This document shows positions 1 to 12,524 of a stretch of DNA of 64,000 nucleotides, one piece after another (within the stretch, counting starts at the first letter, position 1; each line of letters opens with the position of its first letter). The translations under genes and the position numbers were made by a program. Source of the DNA: Lingula anatina (Eukaryota > Animalia > Brachiopoda). The stretch is from contig CM120648.1 in NCBI GenBank assembly GCA_051362555.1, forward strand, positions 16,736,587-16,800,586, written 5' to 3'. Below the pieces are notes generated by a model. That model worked only from the letters and a program-made list of their open reading frames with translations. It ran no database searches and was not told the DNA's origin.

Positions 1-344
1 GTATCAGTTTTGTAGGCGACATTGATGTTTGTTTAATTTAGACTTGAAATGGCAATCAGCATACATATACATTGTACAATGCTAAATATCTGCTTGGCAC
101 AAACATTTGTTGAAATGGTTTAATAACAAGTTTATTTTTGTTTTCATTTGATGGTGTTTGCATCATAACATGGTGAAATGTATCATGATACATGTATTAT
201 GTATCACTATTATGATTATTACATGAAGTTTTTTTCTTTAGTTAATAACTTATCAACCTACAAATACATATGCCATTGTACTGAATCTGCCTGACTTATA
301 GACTGTTCAGAATAAATTTTATCAACACCCATTTTTTTTTTAAT

Positions 345-2645
345 TTGGAGCAGACCAAGTACATTTGGAGCAGGGCAAGTAGATGTACAGACATATTGTA
401 CTTGCCTGATGGGCAGGTGTCTCATTCTCACTCAAAAAGAGTCATCCAACGTAGAGATATCTCGAAACTTGATCCAGTAATCCTAAATGATGCGTTTAAA
501 CATGTTTTTGAGGATGCAGAACAGACCACAGATCCAAGTACCTTAGTAGATCTGTATAATACGTCTATATCTAAGATCATGGAAGATATTGCACCAATGC
601 AGACCAGAGTCAAGTTGGTGAAACAGAGGGCTGAATGGTTTACATCTGAACTCAGCGAAGAAAGGAAAAAGATCAGGAAGCTTGAACGTCAGTGGTGCAA
701 CTCAAAATTGGAAATACACCGGGAATTATTCAAAACTGCCAGAGCTAACTATCACACCCTCCTTGAAAAGCAAAAAACTGTATACCATCGGACCTGTATT
801 GAAGGTGCTGATCAAAGGGAACTCTTTAGGATTGTGGACAAGATTTCAGAATCTAAGTCAAGCCAGCTAAGTGTGCTTCCTGACATGGAAATGTCAACAC
901 TTCCTCAAGTTTTTGCAGATTTCTTCACAAACCGGATCAAGGATATTCGTAAGGACTTAACTCAAAATGCTACCACAGGATCCTCAGAATCAGATCCATT
1001 ACCAAGTGAACTTCAAGACAGGTGTGCCAGTCAGGGTGGTGGGGCCCAACTGAGCAATTTCCTACCGGTCTCAGAGAAGGATATTATCTCTGTTATAAAG
1101 GGGATGAATTCTAAGTTTTGTGCTCTGGATCCCATGCCAACATATATAGTGAAAGAGTGTATTAGTGTGTTATCTCCAGTTCTCTTGAGATTAGTAAATC
1201 TGTCTTTCTCAACAGGTATCTTTCCATCAAACTGCAAAACTGCAATTGTTAGACCATTACTTAAAAAGCAAGGGCTGTGTAAAAATGTCCTGAAAAACTA
1301 TAGACCAATATCAAATCTACCCTTTTTAGGCAAATTTCTTGAAAAAATGGCATGTTCCCAACTAAGCAGCTATCTATCTGAAAATAAACTCTTTGGGAAA
1401 TTCCAGTCTGCCTATAGAGAAGGCCACAGCACTGAGACAGCTCTACTTCGAGTCCACAACGACATAATGCTTGCCCTGGATAAACAAAGAGATGTCATTT
1501 TAGTTCTTCTAGACCTTCCAGTGGCTTTCGATACCATAGATCATAATATTCTTCTTCACAGGATGCAGCATCGTTTTAGAGTGAATGGACTTGCACTTAG
1601 TTGGTTTACCTCTTACCTGAAAAACAGAACACAAAGGGTTTCAATAGAGTCGGTTTTATCTCAGCCAGTTAACTTGGAGTACGGTGTCCCACAAGGGTCT
1701 GTGTTAGGTCCGATCCTATTCTCATTATACATGTTACCTGTAGAAGATATCATACTAAAGCATGGTCTGAACACTGTTATTTTTGCAGATGACACACAAG
1801 TATATATTACATGCAAGAGCAGCCAGTCTGCAACAATCACTTCTATGGAGACTTGTCTTGCAGAGATTCGAGAATGGATGAAAGTGAACATGTTGGCTTT
1901 AAATGATAGTAAGACTGAGTTGATATGGTTTACATCAAGGTTCAAGGCAAATAGAAAAAATGTAGCAAATGCCAACATTTGCATAGGAGATGTTCTTATA
2001 AAACCATCTAGTTCTGTAAAAGATCTGGGAGTTACCCTCGATGAAAATGGCACTCGTGTATCTGAAGTGTGTAAATCAGCATCAAATGCACTATGGCGCA
2101 TTGGAAAAATAAGGAAAGTGTTAGATAACAAAACCACTGAAAAATTAGTACATGCATTTATATCATCAAGATTAGATTACTGCAATAGTCTCCTCTTTGG
2201 TATTTGTGACTATCAGATTAAAAAGTTACAAGTTATTCAAAACTCAGCTGCAAGACTGGTTTGTCAAATTAAGTACAATAGTACACACCATATCACTCCC
2301 ATTCTGAAAGAATTACACTGGCTGCCTGTGAAGCAGAGGATTGATTTTAAAGTACTCTGTATTATTTTTAAGGCGATTCATTCACAAGGACCATTATATT
2401 TATCTGATCTTATCTATTTTAACTTACCACGGCGGTCCACACGTTTTAATACTGAGAATGATTTTATTTTAGAACATTCTGTTTTAGAGAAGGGGTGCCT
2501 AAAAAGTTATGGAGATCGTGCTTTTATAATCTACGCCCCAAAAGTGTGGAATGGTCTACCAAATTTTATTAGGAAAACAGAAGACTTTGACAATTTTAAA
2601 TCTCTTTTAAAGACCCACTTTTTTAATTCTGTCTATATCTCTTAG
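345..2645 (+). CDS. Reverse transcriptase ORF2 of a 5'-truncated L2/CR1-group LINE (no endonuclease domain present)
   Basis: 766-aa open frame with RT motifs NYRPISNLPFLGKFLEK, QSAYREGHSTETAL, GVPQGSVLGPILF and FADDTQVY, plus an L2-type C-terminus (SRLDYCNSLL, LHWLPV, GDRAF). The TTG start is probably artefactual; homology begins near 430. Confidence 0.93.
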   Translation: MEQTKYIWSRASRCTDILYLPDGQVSHSHSKRVIQRRDISKLDPVILNDAFKHVFEDAEQTTDPSTLVDLYNTSISKIMEDIAPMQTRVKLVKQRAEWFTSELSEERKKIRKLERQWCNSKLEIHRELFKTARANYHTLLEKQKTVYHRTCIEGADQRELFRIVDKISESKSSQLSVLPDMEMSTLPQVFADFFTNRIKDIRKDLTQNATTGSSESDPLPSELQDRCASQGGGAQLSNFLPVSEKDIISVIKGMNSKFCALDPMPTYIVKECISVLSPVLLRLVNLSFSTGIFPSNCKTAIVRPLLKKQGLCKNVLKNYRPISNLPFLGKFLEKMACSQLSSYLSENKLFGKFQSAYREGHSTETALLRVHNDIMLALDKQRDVILVLLDLPVAFDTIDHNILLHRMQHRFRVNGLALSWFTSYLKNRTQRVSIESVLSQPVNLEYGVPQGSVLGPILFSLYMLPVEDIILKHGLNTVIFADDTQVYITCKSSQSATITSMETCLAEIREWMKVNMLALNDSKTELIWFTSRFKANRKNVANANICIGDVLIKPSSSVKDLGVTLDENGTRVSEVCKSASNALWRIGKIRKVLDNKTTEKLVHAFISSRLDYCNSLLFGICDYQIKKLQVIQNSAARLVCQIKYNSTHHITPILKELHWLPVKQRIDFKVLCIIFKAIHSQGPLYLSDLIYFNLPRRSTRFNTENDFILEHSVLEKGCLKSYGDRAFIIYAPKVWNGLPNFIRKTEDFDNFKSLLKTHFFNSVYIS

Positions 2646-2835
2646 ATTTTATTTTAATATATATATGTTTTTTTTAATAAGATTGATTTTTAGTAGTGTA
2701 AATTTTAAATGGTTTCCAATGAGAGTTTATGATTAAAATATTGTAGTCATTTTAATGATTTTAGTATATTAGCCATTATTGTAAGGCGCCTTGAGATAGA
2801 ATGTAAGGCGCCATATAAGAATCTTATTATTATTA
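420..2835 (+). mobile_element. L2-clade non-LTR retrotransposon, 5'-truncated, with 3' UTR and short (TAT)n tail
   Basis: RT ORF followed by an AT-rich UTR ending tgtaaggcgccttgag...aaggcgccatataagaatcttattattatta, a typical L2 3' end. Confidence 0.82.
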
Positions 2836-3675
2836 GGATTGCCCATAGGGGAATACTATTGTTTTTGGTATTATTATAGTTTTTATTATTATTATTCTTT
2901 TCGCAAAAAAATCTGAAATAATTTACATAGGTAGCCTATGGTAACAATATGCCATAGACCCAGTTTCAGTGACCTTGACCTACTTTTCAAGGTCACAGGA
3001 GCTTTTAAAGGCAAAATTTGTGAAATTTGAAATTGCCATTAGGCCTAAAGTATAAACCATATGGCTAAGGGCCTTATGGCCAATGATACTGAGCCAAATC
3101 CACAGATAATGACCTACTTATATGCAAGTAGGTCAAGGTCAAGGTCACTAATGGCCAATGGGGCTCAAAAAAGGTTTGTTTCCAAGATCTCAAAAACCGG
3201 AAGGCCCAGAGCCCTGATCATAGTGGCAAATGATGCCCTATATATTTATCTAAGGTTAGCCATACTTTGGTAGCGGCTGCTTAATTACTTTTTTTAATAT
3301 AGATTTTTAAATATTTATGACACTGCAGAAATCTTGAGTTTGGCAATTTCTCCATGAAACACTGGTTTTTTCATTTGTCATAGCATGATATAGTAAACTA
3401 CCCCAAACATATACCCAAAAACCCAAAATCAAATGTCAAATTTGACCTTGACCCTCATTTTCAAGGTCATTTGGCTATTTCATGGAGAAATATTGAAGTG
3501 GGCTGAAAGTGATGTTTTGTTGACCCCCCCCCCCCCCCCCCCAATTCGCACATGCTCTTTGAGAATATGGGGTCAAATTTAACCCATGACCTTCACATGA
3601 CCTTGTTAAAGCATTTCCACACCTATTCTGCAGGGGAATCCTCCGCCACTGGCTTTAGCCAGTTGCAGTCTAGTT
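2832..3675 (+). mobile_element. Helentron/HINE-like non-autonomous element
   Basis: Subterminal inverted motif aggattgccc / ggggaatcct, internal tgaccttga repeats, 3' hairpin actggctttagccagt followed by ctagTT, and (TTA)n-rich flanks. Confidence 0.55.
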
Positions 3676-4302
3676 ATTATTATTATTATTATTAATTCTG
3701 ATGGGTTCAGTGGAAATTGGTCAATAACAGTAAAAAGTTTCTCCACTCTACATACATTTTTACTAACACCTAGCTGTGTGCTTACTATAAAACTTAGAAA
3801 TGCATGCCCTTACAGAACGTAAAATGTTGCTGAAGTACTCCCGGAGTATAGCAGGAGTACTCCAGCAACATAAAAATGCTGCCGGAAAGTATACCCACAG
3901 GCTAGCCGCTAGCAGCTTGTCTCGGCTATATACAGTGCATGTTGCTGGAGGTAAGCGGTAGGGTTGCTGGAAGCTAGCCGCTAGTGGCTACACTCTGGCA
4001 ACATATACACACTGTACATTTGCATGTAGACATATGCTTTTCTTGTATTGTGTATGATATGACAGCATTGATGTTTATTTATGATTTGTTATTTATTCCT
4101 ATAGCAGAATGCTTTATGGTTTATTTTGGCTCTATAATCAGACAATCCAGAAGTGTCAACAGCCATAAAGTTGTTCTGTTTGAAATAAATCATACTCAGA
4201 AAATTTCACTTTCAAGCATTCTAAGAAATTGTTTTTATTTACTAGTATATGGTTTTTAAGAATAACATTTGGAATTGAACCTGTAGTGCATACATATTAG
4301 GC

Positions 4303-4345
<43 letters not shown>

Positions 4346-4491
4346 TCATCGTGATATATTCTTTCTCATCTATGTTTAGTGTGTATGACATAAATATGTG
4401 GGTCCATCAGCATGCAGTTTAAAAGTTCCAAAAAGGTGGTCAAAACCATTTCATCAACATTTTTATCCAGTATAATAATAATAATAATAAT

Positions 4492-4537
<46 letters not shown>

Positions 4538-4984
4538 CATTTAACTTTTTGTGTTACATAAAAATGTGTTTAGTTTTGTATATTTCATTATAATTTGCAT
4601 GCTGTGACAGTATGAATGCAATAGTCTAGATGACTGGTGCAAAAATTGCTCAAAAGGTGGAAAAAGCATGAAACTTGGCACAGATGTTCTTTAGACTATG
4701 CTGATCATTTTCAAGGGTAGTGCCCAAAATTTCAAAGCGTTGCTTAGCAACCGTTGCTACGGAAGTGATTTACCTTAGTAACAAGCTAATTGGACCTTTC
4801 TTGTTCAGTTTAAATGATTTAAAAAGACTTTTAATAATGTTTCAAGCCATCAGAACTATCACTATATTATTTTAAGGCATTAAAAACCCAAGTAAACCAT
4901 TGCAACAGTTGCTAGGCAGCATATTACCCTAGCAACAAGTATTTAACATTATATATTTAATAATATATATTTAATAATATATAT

Positions 4985-6400
4985 ACAGATATCTCTGTAG
5001 CATTTTACATACCCTCCAGTTCCTTCTGTTCCCAGATCTTTCTGTTCCCATTCTACATATACTAACATGTTTCTTAATTATTAAGATAGGTACATAAATA
5101 GTGTATGCTTGCACAAACCCAAATACAAATATCTCCGGAGATCTATCAATGACCACACCTAAATTATCTTTAGCGGGGCAAATGATGCACATCCAAACAT
5201 TTTTTACATGTGGACAATCCCAAAAAACGTACAGAATATTTTCCCTAGCAGTACTGCAAAATTCACAAATTCATAAGATAAGCATAAGTATTGAATATTC
5301 TACGATTTATTCTGAATTGGAGCAACTTCATTTTCTTGTGATCTATTTCTTAAATGTTAGTTCCCAATTATCAGTACTCAAGGTTTTTTTTTAAATATGT
5401 CTGCCATTCACCTACACCTTTATCTGGTGATATTTTATGGCTTTGGAGGATTTTTTGTGAAAAAATATCTGGATGGTTTGGTAACTTGTTTAATTGAGTC
5501 AATAATTTCTTGGATTGCTATGCTCAATTTACTTCCATGGGAAGAGATAGCCATTCAGATGGTAAGCTCTTCTGGATGCTGAATTAGCCTAGAAAGTTAG
5601 TGTTAAGGTTGATTTTTTGTTGAGTTCCTCTGACAGAGGGGATTTCAAATGTCATTTATAATATCATTGATGTAAAAAAAAACATTTTTACACCATCTTT
5701 TATGGAAAATAGTTTTTAAAATTTCTTTCAATTTTTGAGTTTTGACATAATGGTTGTGAAAGGATTTCATCTGGGGTTAAATTGAAATTTTCCTGAATTT
5801 CACTCAAAGAACCAATAATCTTTGCCAAAAGGGATAAGAAGTTGCTTTTAGTATTTTTAATCCACCTTTTGTTACTACCGATTCCTGACATTTCGCCAAG
5901 AAAAACGCACTCCACTTACTCTTATTTTCCTCATAAAGAAGTCTTTAAGCCATGTAAAGTTTAGGGCCTTGGTAAAATTTTTATTTGCGGTACCTTTTAC
6001 CGTCCATTTTTGTAATCAGATGCCATCCTTGCTCATTTTATTTTGTATCTTGTCCCATTCCTGATAAAGTTACATATGATATGCATATTTTTAAGTATTG
6101 AGGGAGGGGGGGGGGGGGGGGGGGGCTGGTAGGAGAGTTTATATGTGCACAACGTAAGATGAGAAATACTAAAGGTTTAACCACTGTTGACTTTCCTATT
6201 ATTGAAAGGTTTCTCAGAGACCAGATTTCCAAGATATTTTTCATTTTGTTCAATATTTTCTAAAAAGTTTTTTCACATTGTATTTTGTCAGTTTCTATTC
6301 TCTACCAAGTAACTTAAGTACACCTGCATGGTTCTATTTTAATTCTTTTTGTTAATCAATGAAGTTCAAAAGTTTCTGCTCACACCCAAAGGCCGTTAGA
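4985..6400 (-). pseudogene. Decayed L1/Tx1-type LINE ORF2 3' fragment carried inside the Academ-like element
   Basis: Minus-strand remnants KNILEIWSLRNLSIIGKSTVVK and FC-x-TARENIL-x-VFWDCPHVK (L1/Tx1 C-terminal zinc-knuckle region), with many frameshifts. Confidence 0.6.
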
Positions 6401-6791
6401 TGCTATATCTTACTTCCACCAAGGCTGCTCTACAACAATATAAGAGTATTCTTGCGAGATGAACATATCTGAATCAGCACTACGGTGCCATGTCATCAGA
6501 TACCATGTGCTCACTCTGGTTGGACTTGTGCGGAACAGTGGACACATTTGCCAGAAGCTATTCACCTGCCCATAGTTGCTCCAGTGTGCATATAGGTGCA
6601 AATGTAGAGGCTGACAATGTGCAAGGGCAAAATGCACTGTATATTGCACATACAAGGGAGAATTTAACGTCATAACTATTGCAAAGTTTTATAAAGAGTC
6701 GTAAGGTGATAAAAGCATGGAAATGGCTGGTTACTAACTTTGACCATGCTGCCTTAAGTATCTGCACTGGCAATGTTTTTGATCGGATGTG

Positions 6792-7083
6792 TATGGGCGG
6801 CGGTTTATACAAAAATGCAAAACACGATTAGTCGTCATCGTTATCAGATCAGTCGAAATGAAAACACGATTTGTCGTCGTCGTTATCAGATCAGAAGGCA
6901 AAATACGACTAGTAGTCGTCAAAACGCAACTAGTCATCAAAACGCAACTAGTCATCAAAACGCAACTAGTCATCATCAAAACACAACTAGTCATCAAAAC
7001 GCAACTAGTCATCATCAAAACGCAACTTGTCATCATCAAAACGCAACTAGTCATCAAAACGCGATTTGACGCCAGATGGCGCC
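6792..7083 (+). repeat. Left TIR with a subterminal array of 18-21 bp AAAACGCAACTAGTCATC(ATC) units
   Basis: Inverted match to 26972-27201, with one mismatch in the first ~190 bp. About 8 array units here versus about 5 on the right. Confidence 0.93.
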
Positions 7084-7130
7084 CATTGTACGAAAATCTA
7101 GGCCAAGTCACATGATCCACAGTGATCAAA

Positions 7131-10100
7131 ATGGCGGACGTTATTGAAGCAGCATTATCATTCCTCGCTCGAACTCGAGAGTTATCTCTACGCGTACAAT
7201 CTAATAATGATATTATACTAGACGACGCTTTAATCTACCAGGTAGAACATTTATACAGGTCAATCTTGGATTACACTGCTCTCGATGCTGCGGCATTACC
7301 CCTAGCAGAAGCATCAAGGATACTTAGTGAGTATACCAGCAACAGCACCACCTCAATGACAAGTTCAACCCCAACAACAATCAATAATGATGATTATAAC
7401 AGTAGGCATGTCAATAGGCCTAATGCTGGTAGTGATGGTGAGCGTGATGATGATAATGGCGGAATGAAGAAAGGAAGAAGAAGATACGAAATATCCAGGG
7501 AGCAGTTAATTTTCTTCATAGGTAGGCTTTCCTCCTCTTTCTTTTGATTGTTGAGAAGATGTTTTTAAAATAAGACAAGGCCTGTTGTTTGTGAAATTGC
7601 GTTGTGTAGGCTCTTTGTTATTTTGAATTTTTGTCAAATCTCTTGTTGGTAACTTGTGAGGTTCTTTTTTTCGGGTCGCTTTTTCTGAGGAATTACATCC
7701 ATGCTTTTTTTGTATCATTTCAGAACATGACTTTACAGTAAAAGAAATTGCAAATATGGTTGATGTATCCCCAGGAACTATCAACAACAGAAGGAAAGAA
7801 TTTGGAATTTCTATTCGTCAGAAATATAGCACTATTAGTGATGAATTATTAGATAGTAAAATCCTGTTCTTCCTCCAGCAGTTTCCCAATTCAGGTAAAG
7901 TAATATCAAAATGCTTATTTTACTGGTTATGAAAAAATATTTAATGAAACATTTGTTTTTGTGTGTCATACAAATATTCTTTGACTTCTATCACCAATCC
8001 TTGACCTAACTGCATGGGCCTTCCTTGAATTATGTACTTACCACACACAATGTGGGGGACCCCTCTAATGATTTGTGGGGGTCCCCTTAAATTATTTCTG
8101 GTGTCCCCCTTTAATGAGGATTCCAATTTCCCACATTACTTTTAAACTCCTTTTAAAATAAAATAGCCCATGATACCGAGTATTACGGGCTCTCATCTTT
8201 GGATAATTCGATCATTAAGACTGCTATGGAGATTCCCAGTTTCTCTGTCTTAAACTCTGCACACGGAAAATAATGAAACAAATCCATGTAACGTCAACAA
8301 GTTATTATTGCACTACACTTTAAGTTACATGATACATCTACAAACCCTCTCTCAATCTCTATTCTTCTCCTCCCTCACTTAGCTCAACATTGAGATTTTA
8401 TGTACAACTTTATCAGTTAAAATGTCAATGATACTATAGATAATAAACTGATTGGTTAATTTAAAACAAGCTCATCACCTCAAGATGGGCACACCCAAGT
8501 GCTCCCTATAATCCAACAATTTAAATTACTGATATTATTTAAAGCCTATTATACATGTTAAATTCTTGTCTGAATTTTGCCCTTAATTGACCTTAGTACA
8601 AAGGCTACAAGCATTTAACTTTCTTTGATTGAATTACTACTACACCATGTATGAAAATTAATAAAATATTAAATTCAAAGTATTTTCCACTGCTGTGGTT
8701 CCTGACAACAGACACCAACCATATCAACTTGTAAAAAATTGGTTTCTTCTAACGTTATTCGTGGTAGGTCTGTCCTTTAGTATGAATTCATATCATTGAA
8801 AATTGACTTGCTAACGAATTTTAGCCACTGATTACTTCTTTAATCCTCCTATCTGAACAACTGAATATTCTATGAAACTGAATTTCTTCTAGGTTATAAA
8901 AGTGTCCAAGGGTTTTTGACATCTCAAAAAATTTTGGTACAACGCAACAGAATACGAGAGTCAATGTGGCGTGTGGATCCTCATGGACGACAAATCAACT
9001 CATTGAGAAGGAGAATCAAGCGCAGGGTCTATTCTGTTCCATCCCCCTTAGCCCTCTGGCATATTGATGGAAATCATAAATTGATAAGGTGAGATTACTA
9101 CTCTCTGAATTCTCATTTTAATGTCATTAAAAACAAAATAACAAAGTGGGGGTATTTCAGGGACCCTCTCTGCCATCCACCCACAACAAAATTCTTAAAT
9201 CATTCCATTAATTTTTCTTCTAATTTCAAATTTGCTATTGGCATTGAAACACAATTATTTAGGATCTTCTTTAATTTTCAGATGGAGATTGGTTATACAT
9301 GGAGGTATAGATGGCTATAGCCGAGTGATAGTCTACCTCCACTGCAGTACTGATAACAAATCTGGGACAGTTTTGAATCTTTTCAAAGAGGCAGTTTTTA
9401 TATGGGGACTGCCCTCAAGGGTCAGAGCAGATCAAGGAGTAGAAAATAGGGATGTGGCCTATTATATGCTTAGTCATGAGAATCGTGGACCTGGCAGAGG
9501 CAGTTTTATCACTGGCCGTTCAGTCCATAATGCCAGGATAGAACGGTTATGGCGTGATGTTTATGAAGCTGTTTTATCACAATACAGGGATATATTCATG
9601 TTTCTGGAAGAGGAGGGAATGTTAGATATGGATGATGAATTGTGTATCTCTGCCTTGCATTACACGTATGTCCCACGGATAAATAAGTCACTGGACAGCT
9701 TTGGGCAGATGTGGAATCAACACAAAATGAGAACAGCCAGGAATAAAACGCCACTGCAGATGTTTCTCACTGGTATGAATGAACAATGCCGAGATAATAC
9801 ACAAGTCGGTCAGGAATATATTCAGGTAACAAAATTTAAAAAAAAATTCCAAATACTATTAATGAGCAAACATCTTTACCAAAAAGCATGGATGATTTGA
9901 TGTTATAGTCGACTCATCCTTATCTCATAATTCCACCTCAAAATATTATACACTCAAGAGATTTACACCTTAATTTGTAACCAGTACTTGTTATAAGAAG
10001 TAAATTTTCATATCAGTGCTTTAAGTTTAGTCCTACAGTGCTTATTTATTAAATGTATAACCTTTTTAATTCAGATACCTACAGATAGGGGGGGTCCTTA

Positions 10101-12524
10101 GATAACCTTTTTCCCCAAAACCATGTCAAAACCACCTAAAAAGATGCTTATACATCTTAAAAACAAACTACAAAAAACCAAATTAGTCTATCTCTATTAT
10201 CAGAGCTGCTACTTGGGTTTTAGTATTTTGGAGAAAAATCGCTAAAAATACTTAAACTCTGTATTTTGTAAAATATGATGGTTTTTCATATCAATGTTTA
10301 TGCTTACATTTTAACACAAATTTCATTGTGACTAACAATTCTGACATAAAGACGGACTAAATACATATGAAAACTTAACTGAATGTTCTAACACCTACAT
10401 AATGATCCATAATAAGTTCAAAAAGACAGGAATTCAGTAAGAATTCAATTCACTAAAAATTCAATGCTTTTTGGAACCTTAAGTCAGTTAGCGTTATGGT
10501 GGATATTTAGTTCTTTTCCCAACAACTTTTTCAAGTTCATTCCAAACTGTTCTGGAGTTAACATCCTTCTCTTCCCTCCATCAGTACTGAATATCCTGAA
10601 GACAGGACTACATTTTGGCAGTGATAAGGATGTGTCTCTAGCATATGAGACTCCCCCCTATGAAATTTTGACTCATCCTACAGAACTTTATCAATCATAT
10701 TTTATTTGAGTATATGACTTTTATCTTGTAGTATGCATAATAGGGGATGCATTGGCACTTTTTGCTAGTTTGCAGGTGAAAGTTTTCATGAGAATAGATG
10801 AAAATTAAAAATGTGTACTCTACCAAACAATGAATCCCCTATGGAAAAGCTGTTTATTTGAAATTTTCCCAATTTTTTTACCAACAAACTTTCAAATACT
10901 AACAAAATATATGTCACAATGCAAACTATGTGGAAAATAATGGTATGGTGAATAAATATGAAATGGGACTTTTTCTTCATGTGAATCCAAATACCATAGA
11001 AAATGGAGATTTTTCAAGATTTTTTTTTCATTTTTTTCACCCAATATTTTACAATCAAACTTTCTAATATTTCCAATATATTCTGAATAAAGTATACTTA
11101 AAGGAAAGATGATGAAATGATCATCAAATACCAAATAAATAGCTTTTTCATAGGGGAATCTTTGGGTTGTAGAGGTCATACATGTATACTCAAATAAGAT
11201 TTATAAAGGTTTGTAGGGGGGAGTCAGATATTCATTATGAAATTTTGACTGGGGAAGTCAGATTTTCATGTTACACTGGTGTTCAGTAGAAACAGTTTTC
11301 CTTAATCTGCTAGTTTCTTTCAGCTCAGTCCCTCGGGCCACAGCCTCTAGTTTTGGTTTCTTCCTCAATCTTTGATCGGTGTCACCTCACTGCCGTTCCA
11401 TTTGAAGGTTGTGGACAGGATCTCATCTATGTTTTCACACTGATCAAACACAGGATATTTAACTGGATATTCAATAATTCCATAGTATTTTCTGCATTGC
11501 ATAGCCAGACCCTTTGCCATTTCTGGCAATATCTTCTTTGTCAAAGCTATGCACTCATTCAGATGTGCACTAGCACATCGTTTCACACTCTCAACTACAT
11601 GTCTTCAGTAGGCCATAGTTATCTTTCACTTCCTGGAATAATTCTTGGTTGAAACAGGAAAACTCAGGAGCATCTAGCTGAAAGAAATTCTCATTTACCT
11701 CATTTCTACTCAGCTCTAGATGTAATGATTGAAACTTTTCTTTCAGTTTGCTGTGTGTTGCACCCCTGGATATTGTTATGGCATGAAACTAATTGAATGC
11801 TACAACAGCAGCAACTATTCTGATATATCCCAATGCCAGAACACCTCTTACAAGACAAGCTAGATGCCATCATTGTCTAGTTAGTTATTCAGTAATACAG
11901 TATAGATTCCCTCAAAAGATAATGAAATCATGAGAATTCTAAAAGGAAAAATGCCATCAAAACTATTAATGATGAATTACCATGTTAATGTAATTGATAT
12001 AAGGTGTCAATGCCACCATGATTTTGAATATTTCGCTACCTTTTTACACAAATTCCCTAAAAACCAAATAAGAAACCCATCTATTTGGTTTTGGTGAGTC
12101 TGAAATAACTTGCCAGGCCTATATAACTTTCATTCATGTTGTAGGAAGACAGTCCCGAAACAGTAGAAAATCGTGCTAAAATGCTAAAAATCGCGTAATC
12201 ATAAAATGCAAGTAGCAGCTGTGTTAACAATGATCTTTCAAAAAGAACATTTGAAATATTGTTTTTAGGTGTGTAAGGAACTTTTTAGCTGGTTTTGACA
12301 TATTTTTGGAATTATGGACCCCCCCTACTACAGATTTTGGAGTTGATCCAGATGCACCAGTTCCTAGTGAAGTTGAAGAAGATGGTATTGTGGTACCTGA
12401 CAATTTGTTTCCAGTAGGTTATGTGGACATTGACCCATTGAATACAGAAGATAGATGGGGGATTGATACATACAGACAGGTCCTCACAGAACTACAGAGA
12501 CAACATGAGACTAATGGAAGTTAA
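7131..12524 (+). CDS. IS3/integrase-like DD(36)E transposase, 5 exons, ~500 aa; last exon interrupted by an insertion
   Basis: GT-AG exons 7131-7521, 7724-7894, 8893-9088, 9282-9825 and 10075-10085+12335-12524 join in frame (1503 nt). [29 protein letters not shown]; catalytic motifs [19 protein letters not shown] and [11 protein letters not shown]. Confidence 0.88.
10086..12327. mobile_element. TIR element (TAGGGGGGGTCC ends, possibly hAT-like) inserted into transposase exon 5
   Basis: TIR tagggggggtcc / ggacccccccta with degenerate extension. Duplication CTACAGA at 10079-10085 and 12328-12334. Removing it restores the frame [11 protein letters not shown] decayed ORF lies on the minus strand at ~11350-11890. 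Confidence 0.8.

Noticed and set aside
6920-7065. Possible CRISPR-like array
   Set aside because: Head-to-tail repeats with no unique spacers, no cas genes and a eukaryotic context. The same applies to the arrays at 35216-37365.
6734-7129. Repetitive ORFs (MTSCVL, VIKTQL, HQNATS repeats) here and at 26884-27232
   Set aside because: They are translations of the 18/21-bp TIR array, which lacks stops in several frames; not proteins.
7990-8800. Possible CR1 remnant on the minus strand in transposase intron 2
   Set aside because: Only faint motif resemblance and no reconstructable ORF.
9232-9900. LTR-retrotransposon or Polinton integrase
   Set aside because: No RT, RNase H, gag, LTRs or polB. 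The gene has introns and sits within TAT...ATA TIRs, fitting a DNA transposon.
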